NCBI GenBank assembly: GCA_963810515.1
Contig: CAWENG010000004.1
Coordinates: 1,162,969-1,226,968, forward strand
Origin: an uncultured Acidobacteriaceae bacterium
Lineage (GTDB): Bacteria > Acidobacteriota > Terriglobia > Terriglobales > Acidobacteriaceae
Direction: 5' to 3'
DNA: 64,000 nt
This document shows positions 13,001-22,730 of this stretch, one piece after another. A model generated the notes under the pieces. The model saw only the letters and a program-made list of their open reading frames with translations. It did no database searches and was not told the origin of the DNA. The position numbers were made by a program, and so were the translations under genes. Each line of letters starts with the position of its first letter. The stretch's first letter is position 1.

Positions 13001-14045
13001 GGCCGCGCTCACCGTGGAAGCCAACAACGCGACAAAGGTCTATGGCACGGCCAATCCGGTTTTCACGGGAAGTATCGTCGGCGCCGTGAATGGCGATGCC
13101 TTCACTGAGAGCTTTTCGACTTCGGCCACAACCAGTTCCAACGTCGGGAACTACGCGATCGTCCCAAGCGCGACGGGCGCAAATCTCGCGGACTATTCGG
13201 TCGCCGTGCAAAATGGCACGTTGGCCATTACGGAAGCAGGCACAACCATCTCGCTGAGCGCCGGTAGCGCGTCAATCAACCCCGGGCAGAGCGTCACGTT
13301 GACGGCCCAGGTCGTATCCGTGACAACGGGCACGCCTACGGGTTCGGTCAACTTCTACGATGGGGCCACCTTGCTCGATACGGCGGTTCTCACCGGAAAC
13401 ACGGCATCCTTCTCAATCACAACTCTATCTGCCGGAACAACACACCAACTGACCGCGGTATACAGCGGCGATTCCAACTTCCTCACCAGCAGTACTTCTT
13501 CGTCAATATCCATCGTCGTGGCCGCGCTGAACTTCAGCGTGACGCCGGTGGCGCCGACGAGCCAGACGGTGAATCCAGGGAGTGCGGCAACCTATCAGGT
13601 GGTCGTTGCTCCGACCTACGGGACCTATCCGGGAACGGTCACCTTCACTGCAACGGGTCTGCCCTCGGGAGCCACGATCGTATTTTCACCTTCAACGATC
13701 GCGGCCAATGGCGGTCAGCAAACGGTAACCGTCACAATCCAGACCGCGGCGACCTCTTCGCGGTTGCAGCCAGATCCGATGTCTCCGCGCAGTCGCGTGC
13801 CACTTGCGCTTGCGCTCTTGCTGTTGCCGCTGTTTGGCGTACGCAGGTTGCGGCGCCAGGGGAATAAGCTGGGCCGCATGCTATGCATTCTGCTGCTCCT
13901 GCTTGGTAGCGCGGCCACTCTAGTTTTCAGCGGATGCGGCGGGAAGTCTCATCTTATGCAATCGCCTGAGACTTACTCTGTCAATATCACGGCGGCGAGC
14001 GGCAGCTTGCAACAATCCGCATCTGTTTCGTTGACCGTTCAATAG
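4086..14045 (+). CDS. Giant surface adhesin (~3300 aa): NHL propellers, choice-of-anchor-D/Ig, MBG repeats, two CSLREA-like/beta-helix modules, Big_3 Ig domains and a C-terminal membrane anchor; split by two compensating 1-bp indels
   Basis: ORFs 4086-10658, 10585-10875 and 10737-14045 continue the same repeats. There is an extra G at ~10510 relative to the repeat copy at ~10260, and a missing G at ~10782. Motifs: signal peptide, PxGVAVDxxGNVYVAD repeats, YSGFVNGDT MBG repeats, CSLRDALLEA. Confidence 0.85.
6750..7490 (+). repeat. Three tandem ~240-bp MBG-domain repeats (further copies at ~10115-10850)
   Basis: Near-identical units encoding LTITASSGSFTYGGTVPAIxASYSGFVNGDTS..CTTTATS..CSGAAD. 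Confidence 0.9.
8001..12461 (+). repeat. 1590-bp near-identical intragenic duplication (8001-9590 and 10872-12461)
   Basis: Colinear at offset 2871 with only scattered substitutions; the shadow ORFs recur at the same offset. Confidence 0.95.
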
Positions 14046-14305
14046 TGCGGAAGAAACATGGCATGCAGAGTGCGTTCGGCAACTTGTTGATCTGCGGAAC
14101 GATGCAATAATGTGCAACCAGTGGTGCCAGCGCATGATGAAGCGTTGGTTGCGACGCGATTGCACGGCTGAAAATGCTGTGCAATCGCGTCGTCACGAAT
14201 ACCGCGAAATCCACGTGCGGCTGGTGCCGGCGCCGGAACCTGGCAGCAAGCGCACTTTCTCACATTTTGGATCAAGCGGCACTCTCAGATTCTCGAGCTT
14301 GGCGC

Positions 14306-16390
14306 CTATTGTGTCGTTGCGCTTGCCATGTTGGAAGATGTGCTTGTGACACCGAAAGCGTCGACGCTCTCCACGATGTAATCGTAGCTCTGCCCATCCT
14401 GAGCCGTGGTGTCCACGTAGGAGGTCTGTGTAATGGCTGAGGCATTCAACTGCTGATAGGATGAGTTGCCGCTGGGTGAGCGATAGACGTTATAACCGGC
14501 CACGGGATCGGAAGAGGTGGTGGGCGGATCCCAAGTTACGTTGACCTGGTTGGATGAGGACGCCGTCTCTCCTGTGCCGGTGAAGGCGATCACGGTGGAG
14601 GAGCCGGTGGAGGAGTTGCTGGTCAGGGTGAGCGAACCGGAAGCCGTCCCGGCGGCGGCAGGATTGAACTCGACGCTCAGGGTCGCAGTCTGATTGGGAC
14701 TTAGGGTGAGCGGGAAGCTGGTCCCCGAGACGGTGAAGCCGGTTCCGGCCACGGTGGCCGCGCTCACGGTCACAGAGGCGGTGCCCGAAGAGGTCAAGGT
14801 CACTGACTGCGTTGCCGGATTATTCAGGACCACATCGCCGAAGGCGATGGTGGTGGCGTTGATGCTCAGCGCCGGCGCCGTGGCCGGCGCGGCCGGCGCG
14901 GCGGCGCTTGACGAAGCCGGCCTGAATGCCACAATTTGATCGGTCCAATTGTCAGATGAATTCGTGTAGGGTGAGTTGGTGGCTGCTGCCGCCGTTTGAA
15001 CCCAGTATTCCGGCCAAAGGTACGTAACGGGCGCACTATCGGTGAGAGCATAATTGACGCCGGCCGTGGGAATCTGAGTCGAGGTCATAAGATTTCCAAT
15101 CACCAACTCTCCAGCAGAAGCGGGGGCTAGAGTCGAGCCGGACGTGGGGTTTGGCGTGGACGAGTTGTCCTGTTGCTGCGCGATCGTCGTATCTTGCGGC
15201 GAGGAGGTAGCCGCGCCCGTCCAGGACTGGCAGGCCATAGCCTGGTAGCTCTGTGCCCCTCCGGTCCACGCCACGGAGACGGAATAGCTGCCGGCAGCGG
15301 CATTGGCCACAAAGTAAATCCCAAGCTGCTGCGTCATCGTACTGTTGGTGTGAAAGGCGATGGCCGGGGAATACGTGCCGTTGGAAGGATCGGACACTGA
15401 AGTCAACGTTGCGCCCTGCTCCAGGCTCACTTCGCAAACAATCAGATCTCCGGCGGCAACATTGGTCAACGATACGCTGATGGGAGAGGCTGTAACATTC
15501 ACGCCAACATCGGTCACGCCATGCGCATTCCGCGTAATGGCTGGCGCGGCGGCGACTGACGAAGCCGGCCTGAATGCCACAGTTTGATCGGTCCAATTGT
15601 CAGAAGAATTCGTGTAGGGTGAGTTGGTGGCTGCTGCTGCCGTTTGAACCCAGTATTCCGGCCAAAGATACGTAACGGGCGCACTATCGGTGAGAGCATA
15701 ATTGGCGCCGGCCGTGGGAATCTGAGTCGAGGTCATAAGATTTCCAATCACTAACTCTCCAGCAGAAGCGGGGGTTAGAGTCGAGCCGGACGTGGGGTTT
15801 GGCGTGGAAGAGTTGTCCTGTTGCTGCGCGATCGTCGTATCTTGCGGCGAGGAAATTGCCGCGCCCGTCCAGGACTGGCAGGCCATAGCCTGGTAGCTCT
15901 GTGCCCCTCCGGTCCACGCCACTGAGACGGAATAGCTGCCGGCAGCGGCATTGGCCACAAAGTAAATCCCAATCTGCTGCGTCATCGTACTGTTGGTGTG
16001 AAAGGCTATGGCTGGGGAATATACGCCGTTGGAAGGGTCGGACACGGAGGTCAACGTTACGCCCTGCTCCAGGCTCACTTCGCAAACAATCAGATCTCCG
16101 GCAGCAACATTGGTCAACGATACGCTGATGGGAGAGGCTGTGACATTCACGCCAACATCGGTCACGCCATGCGCATTCCGCGTAATGGCTGAAGACGTGG
16201 CGGTGGCGGCGGCGGGGAGACAAGCGAATAGGGCCGTGAGAAGCAGCCCCACGCAGAAAAGATGGAAGCGCTCAACTCCGGCGCGCCCGGTCGCGCGGCG
16301 CAGGTTCAAACGTTCAGAATGGTTGCATAGAGATGCGTCTTGTGCCGCAAATCTCTTCTGAGAATGGTTTAGAACTGTAAGAGGGCTCAA
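14306..16390 (-). CDS. Secreted surface protein: two 216-aa repeats, choice-of-anchor-D (ASH-like Ig) domain and C-terminal FN3
   Basis: Extended signal peptide; 648-bp tandem repeat; AFGDVVLN..TQSVTLTSSG..FNPAAAG Ig domain; VTWD..VAGYNVYRS..YVDTT..YDYIVESVD FN3. Confidence 0.85.
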   Translation of the reverse strand: MSPLTVLNHSQKRFAAQDASLCNHSERLNLRRATGRAGVERFHLFCVGLLLTALFACLPAAATATSSAITRNAHGVTDVGVNVTASPISVSLTNVAAGDLIVCEVSLEQGVTLTSVSDPSNGVYSPAIAFHTNSTMTQQIGIYFVANAAAGSYSVSVAWTGGAQSYQAMACQSWTGAAISSPQDTTIAQQQDNSSTPNPTSGSTLTPASAGELVIGNLMTSTQIPTAGANYALTDSAPVTYLWPEYWVQTAAAATNSPYTNSSDNWTDQTVAFRPASSVAAAPAITRNAHGVTDVGVNVTASPISVSLTNVAAGDLIVCEVSLEQGATLTSVSDPSNGTYSPAIAFHTNSTMTQQLGIYFVANAAAGSYSVSVAWTGGAQSYQAMACQSWTGAATSSPQDTTIAQQQDNSSTPNPTSGSTLAPASAGELVIGNLMTSTQIPTAGVNYALTDSAPVTYLWPEYWVQTAAAATNSPYTNSSDNWTDQIVAFRPASSSAAAPAAPATAPALSINATTIAFGDVVLNNPATQSVTLTSSGTASVTVSAATVAGTGFTVSGTSFPLTLSPNQTATLSVEFNPAAAGTASGSLTLTSNSSTGSSTVIAFTGTGETASSSNQVNVTWDPPTTSSDPVAGYNVYRSPSGNSSYQQLNASAITQTSYVDTTAQDGQSYDYIVESVDAFGVTSTSSNMASATTQ

Positions 16391-16573
16391 GTATTCCTAC
16401 CTTTGTAAACGTATACATAGACCCCTCCCTGCCGGCGCACGCGATCCTTTTGCGTGCCCGCGATACATCTTGTTCAAGGAGGAGATTGCTAATTTATTTG
16501 GTCAGCACTTTCTATCTATCTATCCAGCACTTTTCCATATCGACAGAATAGTGCGAAGGGTTGAGAGGGAGCA

Positions 16574-16587
16574 GTGACGCTAATCAC
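16574..16587. promoter_or_regulatory. GTGA-N6-TCAC operator-like box upstream of 14306-16390
   Basis: GTGACGCTAATCAC. Confidence 0.4.
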
Positions 16588-16650
16588 TCCCGTGACAATC
16601 CGCTGCGCGCTTGACTGCTCTTTATTTAACTGCTCTTTACCGGCACCAAG

Positions 16651-19600
16651 CTACTGGATCGTTGCGCTTGCCATGTTGGAAGAAGCGCTTGTGACACCGG
16701 AAGCGTCGACGCTCTCCACGATGTATTCGTAGCTCTGCCCAGTCTGGGCCGTGGTGTCCACGTAGGAGGTCTGTGTAATGGCCGAGGCATTCAACTGCTG
16801 ATAGGATGAGCTGCCGCGGGGTGAGCGATAGACGTTATAACCAGCAACGGGATCGGAAGAGCCGGTGGGCGCATCCCAGGTCACGTTGACCTGGTTGGAT
16901 GAGGACGCCGTCTCTCCTGTGCCGGTGAGGGCGATCACGGTGGAGGAGCCGGTGGAGGAGTTGCTGGCGATGGTAAGCGAACCGGAAGCCGCCCCGGCGG
17001 CGGTGGGATCGAACTCAATGCTCAGGATCGCAGTCTGACTGGGGCTCAAGGTGAGCGGCAAGCTGGCCCCGGAGACCGTGAAGCCGGTTCCGGTCACTGT
17101 GGCCGCGCTCACGGTCACAGAGGCGGTGCCCGAAGAGGTCAAGGTCACTGACTGCGTTGCCGGAGAATTCAGGACTACATCGCCGAAGGCCACGCTGGTG
17201 GCGTTGACGCTGAGCGTGGAGGTGGCTGCTGAGATCGTCAGCGTCAAAGCGGCGCTCCCGGTTCCGATACTATTCGTCGCGCTCAGTGTTACGGTTGATG
17301 TTCCCGCAGTGGTGGGGGTGCCTGAAATCAACCCTGTGCTGCTCGTGACCGTCAGCCCCGCGGGCAAACCGGTGGCGCTATAACTTGTCGGTGAGTTCGT
17401 CGCCGTAATCCGGTATGAAAAACTGCTATTCACGGTTCCGCCCGTCGAAGCCGCGCTTGTGATTGTCGGCGCTGTGGCCGGCGCGGCGGCGCCCGCCGAA
17501 GCCGGTCTGAATGCCACAATTTGATCGGTCCACCTGTCAGAAGAACTGGTGTAAGGTGAGTTGGTGGCCGCTGCCGCCGTTTGAACCCAGTATTCCGGCC
17601 AAAGGTACGTAACGGGCGCACTATCGGTGAGAGCGTAATTGGCGCCGGCCGTGGGAATCTGAGTCGAGGTCATAAGATTTCCAATCACCAACTCTCCAGC
17701 AGAAGCGGGGGGTAGGGTCGAGCCAGACGTGGGGTTTGGTGTGGAAGAGTTGTCCTGTTGCTGCGTGATCGTCGTATCTTGCGGCGAGGAAATTGCCGCG
17801 CCCGTCCAGGACTGGCAGGCCATAGCCTGGTAGCTCTGTGCCCCTCCGGTCCACGCCACGGAGACGGAATAGCTGCCGGCAGCGGCATTGGCCACAAAGT
17901 AAATCCCAATCTGCTGCGTCATCGTACTGTTGGTGTGAAAGGCGATGGCCGGGGAATACGTGCCGTTGGAAGGATCGGACACTGAAGTCAACGTTGCGCC
18001 CTGCTCCAGGCTCACTTCGCAAACAATCAGATCTCCGGCGGCAACATTGGTCAACGATACGCTGATGGGAGAGGCTGTAACATTCACGCCAACATCGGTC
18101 ACGCCATGCGCATTCCGCGTAATGGCTGAGGATGTGGCAATCAACTGCAATGCAAAGTTCTGAGAAACGCCGCCCGCACTCGCGCTAAGCGTTACCGTCT
18201 GCGCGGTCGCAACCGAGGCCACCGTCGCTGTATAGCCTACACTGGTGGAATTTGCCGGCACCGTCACTGTCGCCGGTACTGTCACCGCCGTACTGTTGCT
18301 CGAAAGGCTCACGACCAATCCGCCGCTCGGCGCCGCGGCGTTCAATGTTACGGTGCAGGCGTCGGTCCCCGAACCAGTCATGGAGCCACTCCCGCAGGTG
18401 ACTGCGCTCACGGTGGTACCCGTGCCGCTGAGGCTGACAGTGGTTGAAGCTCCGCTAGAGGAGTTGCTGGTCAGGGTGAGCGAGCCGGAGACTGCGCCCG
18501 CCGTGGTGGGATCGAACCGGACTGTGAGCGTCGCAGTTTGACTGGGACTCAGGGCCAGAGGGAAGTTGGCTCCGGAGACCGTGAAGCCGGTTCCGGCCAC
18601 GGTGGCTGCGCTCACGGTCACAGCCGCAGTGCCCGAAGAGGTCAAGGTCAGCGATTTGGTGGTGGCTGTATTCACATCCACGCTCCCAAAGGCCAGGCTG
18701 GACGAACTGACACTGAGCGTGGGTACGGCCGCGCCAAGTGACACGGCGAAGGTCTTTGTCACGCTGCCGGAACTGGCAGTCAGGGTCGCGGTCTGCGCCG
18801 TGCTGACCGAGGAAACCGTCGCCGTAAAGCTTGTTGTTGTCGAGCCTGCGGCCACAGTCACCGAGGCCGGCACGGTGACAGACGAACTGTTGCTGGCCAG
18901 GCTCACGGTGAAACCACCGCTCGGCGCCGCTGCGCTCAGCGCGACCGTGCAGGAATCAGTTCCCGCACCGGTCATCGATCCGCTGACGCAACTTAGCGAG
19001 GACAGACTTGTGGTGGGCGCGGGCGCAGCCAGTTGCAGGGCGAAGGTCTTCGACACGCTGCCGGAACTGGCAGTCAGGGTCGCGGTCTGCGCCGTGCTGA
19101 CCGAGGAAACCGTCGCCGTAAAGCTTGTTGTTGTCGAGCCTGCGGCCACAGTCACCGAGGCCGGCACGGTGACAGACGAACTGTTGCTGGCCAGGCTCAC
19201 GGTGAAACCACCGCTCGGCGCCGCTGCGCTCAGCGCGACCGTGCAGGAATCAGTTCCCGCACCGGTCATCGATCCGCTGACGCAACTTAGCGAGGACAGA
19301 CTTGTGGTGGGCGCGGGCGCAGCCAGTTGCAGGGCGAAGGTCTTCGACACGCTGCCGGAACTGGCAGTCAGGGTCGCGGTCTGCGCCGTGCTGACTGAGG
19401 AAACCGTCGCCGTAAAGCTTGCTGTCGTCGAGCCTGCGGCTGCATTCACCGAGGCCGGCACGGTGACAGACGAACTGTTGCTGGCCAGGCTCACGGTGAA
19501 ACCACCGCTCGGCGCCGCTGCGCTGAGCGCGATCGTGCAGGAATCAGTTCCCGCACCGGTCATCGATCCACGGACGCAACTTAGCGAGGACAGACTTGTG

Positions 19601-20097
19601 GTGGACGCGTGCGCAGCCAGTTTCAGGGCGAAGGTCTTCGCCACGCCGCCGGAGCTGGCAGTCAGGGTCGCCGTCTGCGCGGTGCTGACCGAGGAGACGG
19701 TGGCGGTGAAGGTGACTCTGGTGGTGTACCCCGTCACCTCTATTGAGGCGGGTACGGTTACCGCGCTACTGCTGCTGGCCAGGCTGACAGTAAATCCGCC
19801 CCTGCCCCCCGTCCCGCTCAGCGCTACCGTGCAGGTGTCCTTTCCCGCTCCGGTCATCGATGTGCTGGTGCAGTTGAGTGAGCTAAGGGTAGCGGCGGTA
19901 GCGGCGCCGGCGGGGAGGGAGGCGAATAGGGCCGTGAAGAGCAGCCCCGTGCAGAAAAGATGGAAGCGAGCAACTCCGGTGCGCGCGGTCGCGCGGCACT
20001 CGCTCAACCGTTGGGGATAGGCGCATAGAGATGCGTTTTGTGCCGTAATTCTCTTTTGACGCGGATTTAGAACTGTAAAACGGCCCATGGGTGCCAT
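16651..20097 (-). CDS. Secreted surface protein paralog: ~100-aa Cys-pair Ig-like repeats, two choice-of-anchor-D domains, one 216-aa domain, He_PIG-like Ig and FN3
   Basis: 300-bp tandem repeats at ~18730-19640; shares its leader, 216-aa domain and C-terminus with 14306-16390. Confidence 0.85.
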   Translation of the reverse strand: MAPMGRFTVLNPRQKRITAQNASLCAYPQRLSECRATARTGVARFHLFCTGLLFTALFASLPAGAATAATLSSLNCTSTSMTGAGKDTCTVALSGTGGRGGFTVSLASSSSAVTVPASIEVTGYTTRVTFTATVSSVSTAQTATLTASSGGVAKTFALKLAAHASTTSLSSLSCVRGSMTGAGTDSCTIALSAAAPSGGFTVSLASNSSSVTVPASVNAAAGSTTASFTATVSSVSTAQTATLTASSGSVSKTFALQLAAPAPTTSLSSLSCVSGSMTGAGTDSCTVALSAAAPSGGFTVSLASNSSSVTVPASVTVAAGSTTTSFTATVSSVSTAQTATLTASSGSVSKTFALQLAAPAPTTSLSSLSCVSGSMTGAGTDSCTVALSAAAPSGGFTVSLASNSSSVTVPASVTVAAGSTTTSFTATVSSVSTAQTATLTASSGSVTKTFAVSLGAAVPTLSVSSSSLAFGSVDVNTATTKSLTLTSSGTAAVTVSAATVAGTGFTVSGANFPLALSPSQTATLTVRFDPTTAGAVSGSLTLTSNSSSGASTTVSLSGTGTTVSAVTCGSGSMTGSGTDACTVTLNAAAPSGGLVVSLSSNSTAVTVPATVTVPANSTSVGYTATVASVATAQTVTLSASAGGVSQNFALQLIATSSAITRNAHGVTDVGVNVTASPISVSLTNVAAGDLIVCEVSLEQGATLTSVSDPSNGTYSPAIAFHTNSTMTQQIGIYFVANAAAGSYSVSVAWTGGAQSYQAMACQSWTGAAISSPQDTTITQQQDNSSTPNPTSGSTLPPASAGELVIGNLMTSTQIPTAGANYALTDSAPVTYLWPEYWVQTAAAATNSPYTSSSDRWTDQIVAFRPASAGAAAPATAPTITSAASTGGTVNSSFSYRITATNSPTSYSATGLPAGLTVTSSTGLISGTPTTAGTSTVTLSATNSIGTGSAALTLTISAATSTLSVNATSVAFGDVVLNSPATQSVTLTSSGTASVTVSAATVTGTGFTVSGASLPLTLSPSQTAILSIEFDPTAAGAASGSLTIASNSSTGSSTVIALTGTGETASSSNQVNVTWDAPTGSSDPVAGYNVYRSPRGSSSYQQLNASAITQTSYVDTTAQTGQSYEYIVESVDASGVTSASSNMASATIQ

Positions 20098-20234
20098 CCT
20101 CTGAAAACGTATACACAGACTCTTCCCTCAGGGAGCACGCATTCGCTTTGCGTGTCCGCGCAAAATCTTCTTCAGGAAGAAAGCTGCGGTTATTTATATA
20201 TCGATAGGATCTATTAAAAATTGAGGATGGAACA

Positions 20235-20249
20235 GTGATGGTAATCACA
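20235..20249. promoter_or_regulatory. GTGA-N6-TCACA operator-like box upstream of 16651-20097
   Basis: GTGATGGTAATCACA. Confidence 0.5.
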
Positions 20250-20326
20250 TTTATGGTTACCGTAGTACCGCATTAATCAATGCTATTAATGATTACTATA
20301 GACTGCATTTAGATCGATGCAGCAGA

Positions 20327-20358
20327 GCGAGGGTAATCACACCTGTGATTACCCTCGC
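20327..20358. other. Perfect 15-bp-arm inverted repeat (hairpin, terminator or operator) between adhesin paralogs
   Basis: GCGAGGGTAATCACA-CC-TGTGATTACCCTCGC. Confidence 0.6.
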
Positions 20359-20390
20359 TGCGCGCTTGACTGCTCTTTACCCGTACGAGA

Positions 20391-22133
20391 CTAAGGGATC
20401 GCTGCGGTTGCCATGTTAGAAGGAGAGCTTTTGAAACCGAAAACGTCGATGCTTTCCACAATGTAATCGTAGGTCTGCCCATCCTGAGCCGTGGTGTCCA
20501 CGTAGGAGGTCTGTGTAATGGCCCAGGCATTCAACCGCTGATAGGATGAGCTGCCGCTGGGTGAGCGATAGACGTTATAACCGGCCACGGGATCGGAAGA
20601 GGTGGGGGGCGCATCCCAATTCACGGTGATCTGGTTGGATGAGAACTCCGTTTCTCCTGTGCCGGTGAGGGCGATCACGGTGGAGGAGCCTGTGGAGGAG
20701 TTGCTGGTCAGGGTGAGCGAACCGGAAGCCGTCCCGGCGGCGGTGGGATCGAACTCGATGCTGAGCGTCGCAGTCTGACTGGGGCTCAAGGTGAGCGGGA
20801 AGCTGACTCCCGAGACCGTGAAGCCGGTTCCGGTTTCGGTGGCTGCGCTCACGGTCACAGATGCAGTGCCGGTCGAGGACAGAGTCAGGGATTGGGTTGC
20901 CGGGGAGTTCAGGTGCACGCTGCCGAAGGCTACGGTGGTGGCGTTGACGCTGAGCGTGGGCGTAAGCGCGGCCGTGACCGTGCCCAACTGCAAGGCAAAG
21001 CTTTCTGCCACGCTGTCCGCGCTGGCAGTGAGGGTCGCGGTCTGCGCGGTGCTGACCGGCGATACGATGGCCGTGAATGTGGCGCTGCTTGCGCCTGCGG
21101 CCACGGTCACTGTCGCCGGCACAGACACGGCACTGTTGTTGCTGGCCAGGCTCACGCCGAACCCGCTGCTCGGCGCCGCAGCGCTCAGCTTCACTGAGCA
21201 GCTGTCGCTTCCCGCTGCTGTCATTGAGCTTCTCGTGCAGCTCAGCGAGGACAGATTTGTGGTGGGCGCGGGCGCAGCCGGAGCCGCTTCCAGTTGCAGG
21301 GCGAAGGTTTCCGTCACGGTGCCCGCACTGGCGGTCAGGGTCGCGGTCTGCGCGGTGCTGACCGGCGAAACGGTGGCCGTGAATGTGGCGCTGCTTGCGC
21401 CTGCGGCCACAGTCAGTGTCGCCGGCACAGACACGGCACTGTTGTTGCTGGCCAGGCTCACGCCGAACCCGCTGCTCGGCGCCGCAGCGCTCAGCGCGAC
21501 CGTGCAGGAATCCGTTCCCGCTCCGGTGATTGATCCGCTGGCGCAACTTAACACACCGAGATTTGTGGTGTTCGTCGCGCCGGCGGAGGTTCCCGTGCCG
21601 TTGAGCCCGATCGCAATCGTTCCATCGGTGGGTGAGTCACTGGTAATCGTCACCTGACCCGACGCCGCTCCCTTCGCAGCGGGGGAAAAATTAACATAAA
21701 ACTTATAAGTGCCCCCGGCGGGTACCGTAATGGGAAGGTCGCTCGCACCGCTCGCTGAGAATGACTGCCCCGTTACATTGACCTGGGAAACTTGTACTGC
21801 CGCTGAGCGCTGATTTACGAGCGAAACAGTCGTGCTTGCTGATTGGCCCAAAGGCACCGCACCAAAAGTGACCGTATTTGGTGTTGCCTGAAGAGATCCA
21901 GAATTCGCAGCGTCCACGATCAGCCCGCCAGCACAGCCAGATAGGGCAAACGGCAGGCAGCATGAAACAAGGACGACGAGAAATGCCCGCCAATGGCAGG
22001 ACGGTGCGATGTGTGCCCGCAAGGGCTCACCGCATCGATTAGGCTCGGATAGGTGGCGAGGGGATACGTCGGCCGTGGTGAAGTTACATCCAAACGGCGC
22101 GCAAAAAGAAACGTCGCGCAAATAATTCATCAC
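20391..22133 (-). CDS. Probable lipoprotein paralog with choice-of-anchor-D, Cys-pair repeats and FN3
   Basis: A hydrophobic stretch ends in the lipobox-like FALSG-C; the C-terminal Ig+FN3 matches the two neighbours. Start codon uncertain. Confidence 0.8.
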   Translation of the reverse strand: MMNYLRDVSFCAPFGCNFTTADVSPRHLSEPNRCGEPLRAHIAPSCHWRAFLVVLVSCCLPFALSGCAGGLIVDAANSGSLQATPNTVTFGAVPLGQSASTTVSLVNQRSAAVQVSQVNVTGQSFSASGASDLPITVPAGGTYKFYVNFSPAAKGAASGQVTITSDSPTDGTIAIGLNGTGTSAGATNTTNLGVLSCASGSITGAGTDSCTVALSAAAPSSGFGVSLASNNSAVSVPATLTVAAGASSATFTATVSPVSTAQTATLTASAGTVTETFALQLEAAPAAPAPTTNLSSLSCTRSSMTAAGSDSCSVKLSAAAPSSGFGVSLASNNSAVSVPATVTVAAGASSATFTAIVSPVSTAQTATLTASADSVAESFALQLGTVTAALTPTLSVNATTVAFGSVHLNSPATQSLTLSSTGTASVTVSAATETGTGFTVSGVSFPLTLSPSQTATLSIEFDPTAAGTASGSLTLTSNSSTGSSTVIALTGTGETEFSSNQITVNWDAPPTSSDPVAGYNVYRSPSGSSSYQRLNAWAITQTSYVDTTAQDGQTYDYIVESIDVFGFKSSPSNMATAAIP

Positions 22134-22252
22134 TCAATGAAACCTTTACAAATCGGTAAATTTTCTAGCGTTGGTCCCTGGTGAGCTTGGGACTCAGTTA
22201 AGAATGACGTTAGCCTGATAGCCTGTTTAATGCCTTGCGTCGAACAATGACA

Positions 22253-22267
22253 GTGTTCTAAGTCACA
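22253..22267. promoter_or_regulatory. GTGT-N6-TCACA operator-like box upstream of 20391-22133
   Basis: GTGTTCTAAGTCACA. Confidence 0.4.
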
Positions 22268-22730
22268 CCTGTAGCGCAGTACATTCGTAAATCAGTCCTT
22301 CTGACCGTTCTCAAGACTGACCTTAGTGGGAGTGGATATAACCCTCAGAGCCGTTTCGCCCTCGTCGCGGGAGGAATGGATTTGGCTGTGGAAATCTTTT
22401 TGAGGGCTGTCCTAGCCGAACTTCGAGTGTTTTCTGGCAGGTGCCGCACGACCCGCTGAGCGCATCGCGGCGTTTTCGCCGAATCTACAAAGACAATCTA
22501 CGGATAGATACAAAGCCGTTTCTCCTTCGAACGCAGATCCGCGAACAACCAGCGCACCTATCAGCCATCGCGTGCATCTTGCGAATGGACTTTTGAATCT
22601 GGGTAACCGCTGCGAATCGAGCAATCCCAAGACCAAACTGGATACTTCTCGGCTGATCTCCCTATCCTTCTCGTAGAAATAAACTTAGAACCAGTTAGCT
22701 AAAGGGTTCAGGGAAGCACAGCCCCATCGC

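Noticed and set aside
20100-20180. c-di-GMP-I riboswitch suggested by ACGCAAAGC on the minus strand
   Set aside because: The upstream GGCAAACC..GAAA..GG P2 stem is missing, and the paralogous leader lacks the motif.
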